Below are positions 1 through 8,024 of a DNA stretch of 64,000 nucleotides, in pieces. A program made the position numbers and the translations under genes. Numbering within the stretch: the stretch's first letter is position 1; each line of letters begins with the position of its first letter. The DNA is from a candidate division WOR-3 bacterium (GTDB taxonomy: Bacteria > Hydrothermota > Tepidihabitantia > SM23-42 > JAOAFX01): positions 1,385-65,384 of the forward strand of contig JBDRVV010000013.1 of assembly GCA_039802005.1 (NCBI GenBank), in the 5' to 3' direction. Under the pieces are notes generated by a model. The model did no database searches and was not told the DNA's origin. It saw only the letters and a program-made list of their open reading frames with translations.

Positions 1-117
1 GCGGTCTGTGCAAGGATTCGTATTGACCAGGTTGTATCATTCTCCTGGCGCTATCTTGCCCCGCTTGCGGTTTTGCAGTTATTGATTGTGATAATCGTTA
101 AATATTTTGTTTTATGA
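1..117 (+). CDS. 3' end of a NuoH-like (complex I subunit H / MbhM-type) membrane subunit gene, truncated at window start
   Basis: Frame 1 translates to ...RIRIDQVVSFSWRYLAPLAVLQLLIVIIVKYFVL* (TGA at 115-117). This is a hydrophobic C-terminus of the kind seen in NuoH-family proteins, and it is followed by a NuoI-like gene. Confidence 0.4.
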   Translation, partial: AVCARIRIDQVVSFSWRYLAPLAVLQLLIVIIVKYFVL

Positions 118-364
118 ATGGAGAAATGAGAATGCCCGTATTTATTAGAAAGTCAAAATCCGAAATGCGGAATTTAGAAAAATGGTTAAACGTTTTGCGG
201 TTGCGAAATGCGATTCGGTTTCAAAAAACAGCTTCGTTTAACGAACAACGACAAACGATACGCTTTTCGCAACCAACTAACGATAGAGTGTCAGTTGAAT
301 TATTGAAATTTGGAATTTGTTTCGGATTTCGTGCTTCGAATTTCGGATTTGGAGGAGTGGTATT

Positions 365-757
365 ATGAAAATTGCAGCATTCTTACCTGAGTTAGTTCGC
401 CATATTTTCAAAAAACCTGCAACGGTAAAATATCCCTTTGAAAAACTTGAGGTGCCTAAGGGATTCAGGGGGACGCCGATTTTAACACCGGAAAAATGTA
501 TTGTCTGTTATGCCTGCCAGCGCGACTGTCCGGCAGAGGCGATTGAGATAACAACGGTCAATGAGGCAGAAAAGAAATTCAAAATGGTGATTCACAATGA
601 CCGATGTGTCCATTGTGAGCAGTGTGCAGAGAGTTGCCCGGTGGATGCGATAAAATTAAATACCGAGTTTGAACTCGCAGCCTTGAGTCGGTGGGACTTA
701 AAGGAAGAATATATCTACACAAAGGCAAGCCCCAAGGCAAAGACCGAAACGAAATAA
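365..757 (+). CDS. NuoI-like 2x[4Fe-4S] ferredoxin subunit (complex I subunit I / group-4 hydrogenase MbhN-like)
   Basis: Two CxxCxxCxxxCP motifs (CIVCYACQRDCP, CVHCEQCAESCP). GGAGGAG RBS 8 nt upstream of ATG 365. The listed ORF start at 317 is probably too far 5'. Confidence 0.7.
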   Translation: MKIAAFLPELVRHIFKKPATVKYPFEKLEVPKGFRGTPILTPEKCIVCYACQRDCPAEAIEITTVNEAEKKFKMVIHNDRCVHCEQCAESCPVDAIKLNTEFELAALSRWDLKEEYIYTKASPKAKTETK

Positions 758-926
758 TCCTGTAAAAATCTCGTTTTTTTCGTTATACAGTTTAACTGCC
801 CGTATCGGCAATCGTTTTTGTTATACGAAAATAATGCAGGACAAGTCTCTAAAGATTTGCCCTACATTTATGGGATTATAGTATGGTAGGAGCGGTTTCC
901 AACCGCGATAAAATATAGTGGAATCT

Positions 927-3437
927 TTATCTTTTTCTCAACATGTCAATCAAAAATCTTGATGGTAATTGCTGTCGGCCCGAACGGTATTTGGGATATA
1001 AAAGATAGAGCCTTTTCTGGGCACGGGTGACTGCCACATAGCAGAGTCTTCTTTCTTCTTCAAGGTCTCTTGGCTCAGATAAACTCTTGGTCATTGGAAA
1101 TATCTCTTCTACAAGGTCCACGACAAAGACCACAGGAAATTCCATTCCCTTGGCACTGTGCACGGTCATCAATTTCACGGTATCCTTTGCCCAGTCAGCA
1201 AGGTCCATTTCTTGATACAATTTCAAATCACTCAAGAATTTTCCAATCCCTGTTTCAGTATAATTCTGGGCGAAATTTAAAAATTCTTCAAGATTCTCGG
1301 ATTTTAATTTCAATATTCCGACCAATTCATTGATAATGGTGTAGGGTGATAATACATTTAGATTCTGGATATGGTGCTCGACAATCTTTTCCAATTTATT
1401 TTGCACGCTCTTTGTGACTCTGAAAATAGAAACCCCCTGGGTGATAGATTCTTGAGATATTTCAGCAGATTTGCAGATATTTAAAAATTCAAGGTATTCT
1501 ATGATTGACTTGAATTCTTCTTTCTCATAAAATGTTGTGCCACGAATAGTTGTAAAAGGAATACCTGCCTTTGATAAACCTTCTTCATAACTTTTACCGA
1601 GATAATTCATGCGATAGAGAATGACAATATCGCGATAAGCAAAATCCAGTTCTGCAAGGTCTTTTATTTCTTTAACAATATAATCAATTTCGTCGTTTAT
1701 TGAGTCCGCTGCATAGAAAATTACATCACCGGTCTCTAAGTTGGGAATGGCGGTCGTTTCTCGCTGCATCAGGTTATTGGCAATTTCAAGGATTGATTGG
1801 GGAAGGCGGAAACTTCGATTGAGATGGAATATTTTGACATCTTTGAAATCCCGGGCGACCCGATAAATGATTTCTTTGCTTGCGCCCCGCCAGCCATATA
1901 TTGCTTGATCTTCATCACCAGTAAAGAAAAAGTTATCTCTCAATAGCAGGGAGATAAATTTATACTGGGCGGGATTTATATCCTGGAGTTCGTCAACAAA
2001 GATATATTCAAACATACTTTGATAATGTTCCCGTAGATCTTGATATTCTTCTAATAACTTTGTGGCATAAATAATCAGGTCGTCATAATCAAGAATATTG
2101 TTATCTTTCAGGTACTGCTGATATTCTTTATAAATTTTGAGACAGACCTTCTGCCATTCATTTGCCGGTGCAAATTTTTCCGGGGTAATTCCTTTTGCCT
2201 TGAGTATTTCGATCGTTCTGATTATCGCATTCATTTTATACTTTCCGGTTTCAGTCTTCAATAATGGAAATATTTTTCTTGGTTCTTCAATAATGAAATC
2301 TTCACAGATATCAAGCCGTTCGCAATCGCGACGAAGAATTCTCAGGGCAACGGTGTGGAATGTGCCAATCCAAAAGTCATACTGGGGCGACGGAACAAAC
2401 TGGCTCAGTCGTGTCTTTATATCATTTGCTGCTTTATTGGTAAATGCACAGACAAGGATACGCGATGGTGGAATACCTTTCTCAATGAGTTTTAAAATTC
2501 CATAGACAAGGCTTGTAGTCTTACCGCAACCCGCCTGTCCCAGAACAAGTATTTTGCCATCAAGGTTGTTTATTATCTGCTCCTGGTCCGGGGTCAATTT
2601 TAATTCACCTTTCTTCTTTTCAGGGACACCTATCGTTGACTCAATTTTTATACCTTTTGTTTGTTTCTTTAAAATTTTCGTTATTGCTTCTGAATCAGGT
2701 CTTAATTCAGGATTTGTATTAAGGCATTTTATGATAATATCTTCAAGGTATCCAGGTAGATTTGGTCTTACCATACTCGGAATTAACAACTTACTCTTTT
2801 CAATCTTCTTTTTTAAACCATCAAGGTTGTCATCAAGAAAAGGCGGGATGCCAGTGAGTAGTTCATAAAAGATAACACCGATACTCCAGATATCAGACTT
2901 CTCGCTGAATTTTCCCGACCATACCTCGGGTGCCATATAGATTGGCGTGCCGGCAGTTGATGCCGCAATTGAGCCGGTCTTTAAAAAACGGGCAAGTCCG
3001 AAATCAGTAATCTTGATTGTGTTATTTTCGGTTATTAAGATGTTCTCAGGTTTTAAATCACGATGGAGCACACCAGTTTTATGCGCATAACTTATTCCAT
3101 CAAGTATCTGCTGGGCAATATTTAAGAATTCATTTATCTCAATGCCCCCTTCTTTTATGATTTCTCTTAAAGTTTTGCCTTTTATGTATTCCATCACAAG
3201 GACAAACTTATTTTCAATGAAATCTATATTATAAAAACGGACGATATTGGGATGATTTAAAGAGGCAAGGAGTTTTGCCTCATCCTTGAGCATTACGATT
3301 TCTTCTTTGCGCATCCGGGAAATCTTTAAGGCAAATTGAGTTTCAAGGATTGTGTCATAAGCCAGAAAGACATCGCCGAATCGGCCGCCGCCGAGCCATT
3401 CAATGATTTCGTATTTACCGAGTTTTTTTAGAAGCAT
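927..3437 (-). CDS. Fusion protein: N-terminal Hanks-type Ser/Thr protein kinase domain + C-terminal UvrD/Rep-family SF1 DNA helicase
   Basis: Kinase motifs: GxGxxG (LGGGRFGDV), VAIK-like (ALK), HRDLKPEN, DFG, APE. Helicase motifs: GQAGCGKT (I), TGDEDQAIYGWRGA (IV), HSAKGMEFPVVFVVD (V), EEERRLCYVAVTRAQKRLYL (VI). Confidence 0.8.
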   Translation of the reverse strand: MLLKKLGKYEIIEWLGGGRFGDVFLAYDTILETQFALKISRMRKEEIVMLKDEAKLLASLNHPNIVRFYNIDFIENKFVLVMEYIKGKTLREIIKEGGIEINEFLNIAQQILDGISYAHKTGVLHRDLKPENILITENNTIKITDFGLARFLKTGSIAASTAGTPIYMAPEVWSGKFSEKSDIWSIGVIFYELLTGIPPFLDDNLDGLKKKIEKSKLLIPSMVRPNLPGYLEDIIIKCLNTNPELRPDSEAITKILKKQTKGIKIESTIGVPEKKKGELKLTPDQEQIINNLDGKILVLGQAGCGKTTSLVYGILKLIEKGIPPSRILVCAFTNKAANDIKTRLSQFVPSPQYDFWIGTFHTVALRILRRDCERLDICEDFIIEEPRKIFPLLKTETGKYKMNAIIRTIEILKAKGITPEKFAPANEWQKVCLKIYKEYQQYLKDNNILDYDDLIIYATKLLEEYQDLREHYQSMFEYIFVDELQDINPAQYKFISLLLRDNFFFTGDEDQAIYGWRGASKEIIYRVARDFKDVKIFHLNRSFRLPQSILEIANNLMQRETTAIPNLETGDVIFYAADSINDEIDYIVKEIKDLAELDFAYRDIVILYRMNYLGKSYEEGLSKAGIPFTTIRGTTFYEKEEFKSIIEYLEFLNICKSAEISQESITQGVSIFRVTKSVQNKLEKIVEHHIQNLNVLSPYTIINELVGILKLKSENLEEFLNFAQNYTETGIGKFLSDLKLYQEMDLADWAKDTVKLMTVHSAKGMEFPVVFVVDLVEEIFPMTKSLSEPRDLEEERRLCYVAVTRAQKRLYLLYPKYRSGRQQLPSRFLIDMLRKR

Positions 3438-3446
3438 TGGATTTTT

Positions 3447-3619
3447 GCATCAGCAAGCTGATGCACTCCGGGGAAAGGAGCATCAGCAAGCTGATGCACT
3501 CCATAACTAAAATAATACCTGGAGTGCAGTAGCTTGCTACTGCGTTGTAGAAGAATGGAGTGCAGTAGCTTGCTATTGCGTTGCAGAAGAATGGAGTGCA
3601 GTAGCTTGCTACTGCGTGG
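3447..3619. repeat. Tandem array of two different 18-bp palindromes: 2x GCATCAGCAAGCTGATGC (period 33) then 3x GCAGTAGCTTGCTACTGC (period 36)
   Basis: Read directly from the sequence. Each unit is a near-perfect inverted repeat. The array sits 10 nt upstream of the kinase-helicase start codon and abuts the stop of the upstream gene. Confidence 0.9.
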
Positions 3620-3620
3620 T

Positions 3621-4487
3621 TTAACCCGGAAATGCAGAGATATGCACAGGGGCATTTTTATAAAAAACCATCTGACCGACTAACTTTCTACCTTTAAATC
3701 CTTTATGCCCGGATTTACTATCAAAACCAGTCTCAATTATAGTTTGTTTTAGATTTTTAAAAAAGTTTTCCACATGAGGTTTGGTCCCTGTACTCCGCTG
3801 GTATTCAATCGCATCCAGTGCATAACTGCGCAGCAATTTCTTTTCAAATTTATGATATATCTCAGAAGAAGCAAATATATCACAACCAAGTATAGTATGT
3901 CCAGCAACACCCAAAAATCCGACCGTATTATGATTTAACCCATCAAATCCCTCAACATAACGTTCAATCTCATCGTTAAGATTATCAAATATTTCATGCA
4001 TAGATGAAGTTTTTGATTTTGTCCTGGTGACCGTCAATTTCCTATCAATTTCTTTCCATACTTGATGCTGAGTATCAGTTTTTTTACTATCCGAAGATGC
4101 AAGAATGGAGCGAATTCTCGGATACGAACAATAGCCCGTTCTGAATCCACCAATCTCTTCCCATCTTTTCTCTTCGGCACATATCACCGGTATTTGACTG
4201 CGCGAATGTGGTTGAGCAACGAATGATTGCGCAATTATACGGTTCTGCATAGAACCGGTTATTTCTTCACCATCAATCATCAGCACGGGAGAATCACCCT
4301 TGTTGTCAAATATTATTTTGTTTACATCAGGTGTGGCAAGTTCACAAAAACTTGCTATACCCGTAGCGATAAGATTATCAATGGTATCAATTTGTGCGTT
4401 TCCATTATTTCCATCATTTTTTACTGGATAGAGCATCAAATTTCTTAAAAATATTGGTTCACCGAGATTTAATTTCGTGAAATCCAT
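3621..4487 (-). CDS. Hypothetical protein (possibly ARPP-1/DUF6569-like; contains a PVLMIDGEEITGSMQNR motif)
   Basis: ORF with a GGAGG RBS 7 nt upstream of the ATG (MDFTKL...). Family assignment is from memory only. Confidence 0.55.
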   Translation of the reverse strand: MDFTKLNLGEPIFLRNLMLYPVKNDGNNGNAQIDTIDNLIATGIASFCELATPDVNKIIFDNKGDSPVLMIDGEEITGSMQNRIIAQSFVAQPHSRSQIPVICAEEKRWEEIGGFRTGYCSYPRIRSILASSDSKKTDTQHQVWKEIDRKLTVTRTKSKTSSMHEIFDNLNDEIERYVEGFDGLNHNTVGFLGVAGHTILGCDIFASSEIYHKFEKKLLRSYALDAIEYQRSTGTKPHVENFFKNLKQTIIETGFDSKSGHKGFKGRKLVGQMVFYKNAPVHISAFPG

Positions 4488-4495
4488 AAGACCTC

Positions 4496-4948
4496 CTATG
4501 GAGCATAAAAAACCCCAAAATGCCAGGTGGTGGACCAATCTGTATACCAGGTCCACTTATGATTATAGGCGCGGACGCGCCAGAAATAAAAGCCATTTCT
4601 TGAAACTGTATATGCTGTGGAACATACTTCCGCATTTACCAGTGGAGCATAGGGTAAAGCGGTTGTATCATTCGCAACTTGCAATTGGTAGTATTCTACA
4701 TCTTCAACAACGCTCCACTTTAATTTAACATCATGAGGATATGGTGTTGCAAACCAGATGGAAGTATCATTTCTTGGACTAATCAACTGTGGAGCAGAAG
4801 GTGGTGGATAAAGAGAATCAAAGGGCGGCTCGTATTCATTGGGATTTTTGCAACTGATATTAAAATTAAGGCAAATTATCATAATGGGAAGCAAAATACA
4901 ACCCCCCATAATGATTTTAATTGCGGGAAATTTGTTTTTAATACCCAT
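4496..4948 (-). CDS. Small secreted/lipoprotein, hypothetical
   Basis: N-terminal hydrophobic signal ending in a Cys lipobox (ICLNFNISC). Confidence 0.5.
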   Translation of the reverse strand: MGIKNKFPAIKIIMGGCILLPIMIICLNFNISCKNPNEYEPPFDSLYPPPSAPQLISPRNDTSIWFATPYPHDVKLKWSVVEDVEYYQLQVANDTTALPYAPLVNAEVCSTAYTVSRNGFYFWRVRAYNHKWTWYTDWSTTWHFGVFYAP

Positions 4949-4957
4949 ATTTTTCTC

Positions 4958-6358
4958 CTATCTTTTTATTTTTAGCACATAAAGATTATTTCTCATTAGA
5001 TTATTCAATCTATAACCCCCAATCACTGCTGTTGAACCATCTACCAACAAAAAACGGCCATATTCATAAAGGTAATCTCCATAAGTTTTTTCTTTAATCA
5101 GATTACCTGTTTCATCAATACATAGAAAGTACAAGTCACTACCATTTATTCCTGCAGTGCCTACAATTAAATATTTACCGTCAGGACATTGCTCAACGGC
5201 ATAACCGTTGTCGGTATAATTGGTGCCATAAGTTTTTTCCCAGACTTTATTGCCGTTGTTGTCTAACTTTAAGATATAAACATTGCCGTTGCCACCGACA
5301 ACCATAAAACCATTATCACTGGTTTGTATCACCCTATTACCCACATCACTCCCTGCTCCACCATAATTTTTTATCCATTGTGCTACTCCGTTAGCATCAG
5401 TTTTAATTACATAGATATCACCATTACTTGCAAAAGAATAGGTATATCCGGCAATGATAAAGCCGTTATCATTACATTTTTTAACAGAATTCCCGCAATC
5501 TATATCCAGCCCGCCATATGTTCTTGTCCAGAGCGTATCTCCGTTAATATTAGTTCTGATTAACAACACATCATTATTCTGATAAGAGCCTGCCATACCT
5601 GTTATTATATATCCATCTTGCAATATATCTACATCATACCCGTTATCAGTTAGTGAAAATGTAAAAACTTTTTGCCACATAGAGTTGCCCTGATTATCAG
5701 TCTTTATTAAATAAACATCTCCATTGTCATCACCGAAGGATTTAGTTGTTCCTGTTATTATGAAACCTCCGTCAGTCGTGGTTTTAACTGAATATCCATA
5801 ATCATCTAAACCACCGCCATATGTTTTTTCCCAGACAATTCCGCCAGTGGTATCAATCTTTATTAAATACACATCATATCCACCTGCACCGTAAGACTTT
5901 GTTGCGCCAACAATCACATAACAATTATCCAGGGATTTAGTAATTGAATAACCATAGTCATCATCATAACCACCGTATTCTTTGGTCCAGAACAGGTCGG
6001 TTCCGATGGTCAGAATATGTGGTTCAGACCATTCTGATTCAAGATTTTTTGTATCCTTTGCCTTTGCCCTTATTGCGTAACTGCCTTGCTCTCCATAAAA
6101 ATGTATCATTGATACTGTATCACCAGAACCAACCAATGGACTCCAGTTTGATTCATTTCCATCACCCCAATCAAATTTTATTGCAATACTATCTCCATCA
6201 GGGTCCGAACTCCAGGTAAAGAAAGTATAATTATCAACAACACCAGAATCAGGGCCACTTGGAATTGATGGGGTCTCAGGCGGTCTGTTGGATTTACAGG
6301 TGGTTAACATTAAAGACTCTATTAGAAATAAAATTGCTAATAACCTAAAAAACTTCAT
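4958..6358 (-). CDS. Lipoprotein with PKD domain and a repeated beta-propeller-like module
   Basis: Signal peptide plus Cys (LMLTTC). WGDG PKD motif. About six repeats of the form YGxS..T.DGG.I.G.T.S.G....D.YLIKTD.NG..W.KTYGG. Confidence 0.6.
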   Translation of the reverse strand: MKFFRLLAILFLIESLMLTTCKSNRPPETPSIPSGPDSGVVDNYTFFTWSSDPDGDSIAIKFDWGDGNESNWSPLVGSGDTVSMIHFYGEQGSYAIRAKAKDTKNLESEWSEPHILTIGTDLFWTKEYGGYDDDYGYSITKSLDNCYVIVGATKSYGAGGYDVYLIKIDTTGGIVWEKTYGGGLDDYGYSVKTTTDGGFIITGTTKSFGDDNGDVYLIKTDNQGNSMWQKVFTFSLTDNGYDVDILQDGYIITGMAGSYQNNDVLLIRTNINGDTLWTRTYGGLDIDCGNSVKKCNDNGFIIAGYTYSFASNGDIYVIKTDANGVAQWIKNYGGAGSDVGNRVIQTSDNGFMVVGGNGNVYILKLDNNGNKVWEKTYGTNYTDNGYAVEQCPDGKYLIVGTAGINGSDLYFLCIDETGNLIKEKTYGDYLYEYGRFLLVDGSTAVIGGYRLNNLMRNNLYVLKIKR

Positions 6359-6370
6359 TTTTACCTCCAC

Positions 6371-7282
6371 TTATTGAGGAATTTTAAGGTAAATATCGTC
6401 AAAATCAACTTTCACGGATGTTCCCGCCTCGTGGCTAAACACATACAATCCCCAGTAACCATTTTCAAAGGCAGTATTTATTAAAGAGACAGGGAATAAA
6501 TATATATCATCCAGATAAATAGGTAATGCATCACCCGCCTGAACTGCTTTGAGCGTATGGAATACGCCTTCTGTTGTTTCTCGTATCTTTGTATAAAAAA
6601 CTGTTAACGAACCATTTTTCATTAGGCGATATTGCACCGAAGTTTTTGTAATTTTTATGGAATAAAAATTTAAACTATCCTGGTACCATAATAGAATTCC
6701 TGTTTCCCAATTTTGGCCGGAAACCGGGGATACCATGAATTTAAAACTAAATTTAAATGCATGCGTGCGGTTTCTAAAAAAAGTTATTGCAGGATTGGTA
6801 TTATCAGTATCAGTTCCAGTATAAATATGATTGCCATTTGAATCCTCTGATATACGCCAATCCCCACTGACAGTAATAAACCCGTATGGTACAGAATTTA
6901 TTTCATCGTCTTCAAAGTGGAAGGTGTTAAAAAAAATTCTATAATTCGTAAGTTTTTTTCCAGCCCAAAGACTTTCATTTTCAATTATAATATTGGCAAA
7001 GTATTTTGTTTGCGCAGTTATTTTATATATTCCTGGGTCTATCCTCGTAAAAGAAAAGCATCCATCAGCATCGCTCGTCTCCGCTTGGACGATGTTGTTA
7101 TTGTAATTTAAAAGGTTTATTATTGCACCGGTGATAGTAAGAGAATCTGGTTCATAGACATAACCCTGCACTTCTGCCTTATCAGGATTTTTGGGGTCGT
7201 ATTTGTTGCTGCGCGGTGCATTTATACAATGGGAGAATAATGAAATAAATATAACCAAAGGGATAGTAAGTATTTTTCTCAT
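6371..7282 (-). CDS. Lipoprotein with an N-terminal carboxypeptidase-regulatory-like beta-sandwich, hypothetical
   Basis: Signal peptide (MRKILTIPLVIFISLFSHC) and a CarbopepD_reg-like segment (GYVYEPDSLTITGAIINLL...DADGCFSF). Confidence 0.5.
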   Translation of the reverse strand: MRKILTIPLVIFISLFSHCINAPRSNKYDPKNPDKAEVQGYVYEPDSLTITGAIINLLNYNNNIVQAETSDADGCFSFTRIDPGIYKITAQTKYFANIIIENESLWAGKKLTNYRIFFNTFHFEDDEINSVPYGFITVSGDWRISEDSNGNHIYTGTDTDNTNPAITFFRNRTHAFKFSFKFMVSPVSGQNWETGILLWYQDSLNFYSIKITKTSVQYRLMKNGSLTVFYTKIRETTEGVFHTLKAVQAGDALPIYLDDIYLFPVSLINTAFENGYWGLYVFSHEAGTSVKVDFDDIYLKIPQ

Positions 7283-7283
7283 A

Positions 7284-8024
7284 TCAAAATTTAATTTTGT
7301 ATTCAATTTTTATGGATTTTTGTTCAGGAACAAAATATATGGAATTGCTGCCATCATTTGAAATATCAACTTTCAAATCAGCGAAGAGTGCATCCAGAAT
7401 ACTATAAAGGTAGAATCCTGCAAAGACCGAAGAACTTAAAAGAAATATATGATACGACCTGTTATAAGTATTATAGAATTCATCCATATATTCAACACTA
7501 TCAGGTCCAAGTTCGAGATATTCGTTTTTTTTATTTTCTGTCTCCATCCACAAATATATTGATGAGGCAAGGCTCAAGGATGCACCGAGCATTATTAATT
7601 TTCCTTTTTTATCTTCACCTTTTATCAATTGTCCAGTCCCAGGTATAAAGCAGGAACACATTGCAGATTCTTGGGCAATCTCTTTTTTTGCATCATTTAT
7701 AATTGCTATTACCGATGAATCGGCATCGTCTTTATTCAATTTAAATTTAGGATTGAGTTTTAGCAAAATTTTGAAATGCTCCTTAGCGGAAATTTTATCA
7801 TTTATCTTAGCATAACTTAGTGCTAAGTATTTATGGGCATCAAGCTTTTCTATTTTGCTTAAATTTGGTAATACGACTTCAAGTGTTTTTATTGTGCCAA
7901 CATAATTTTCTTTCTGGTAGCAATCCTTTGCAGTATCTATATAGTTATCTACTTTCTCGGTATCATTTTTCTGAGAGAATAACATGCCCAAAATTAAAAA
8001 TACTGCACAAAAAACTCTGCTCAT
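7284..8024 (-). CDS. Hypothetical TPR-like / membrane protein
   Basis: ORF with a signal/TM segment, helical repeats, then a C-terminal hydrophobic region. Confidence 0.45.
   Translation of the reverse strand: MSRVFCAVFLILGMLFSQKNDTEKVDNYIDTAKDCYQKENYVGTIKTLEVVLPNLSKIEKLDAHKYLALSYAKINDKISAKEHFKILLKLNPKFKLNKDDADSSVIAIINDAKKEIAQESAMCSCFIPGTGQLIKGEDKKGKLIMLGASLSLASSIYLWMETENKKNEYLELGPDSVEYMDEFYNTYNRSYHIFLLSSSVFAGFYLYSILDALFADLKVDISNDGSNSIYFVPEQKSIKIEYKIKF

Noticed and set aside
114-368. 84-aa ORF in the NuoH/NuoI intergenic spacer
   Set aside because: It lies entirely within the repeat-rich spacer and overlaps the RBS and start of the NuoI-like gene. It has no RBS and a low-complexity translation, so it is most likely spurious.
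3447-3619. Possible mini-CRISPR array
   Set aside because: The units are tandem palindromes of two sequence types with 15-18 bp linkers. There are no unique spacers of CRISPR size, so this is not a CRISPR architecture.
3428-3655. 75-aa ORF with repeated SKLLHSILLQR segments
   Set aside because: It is a translation artefact of the tandem palindromic DNA repeats and overlaps the 5' end of the kinase-helicase gene on the same strand.
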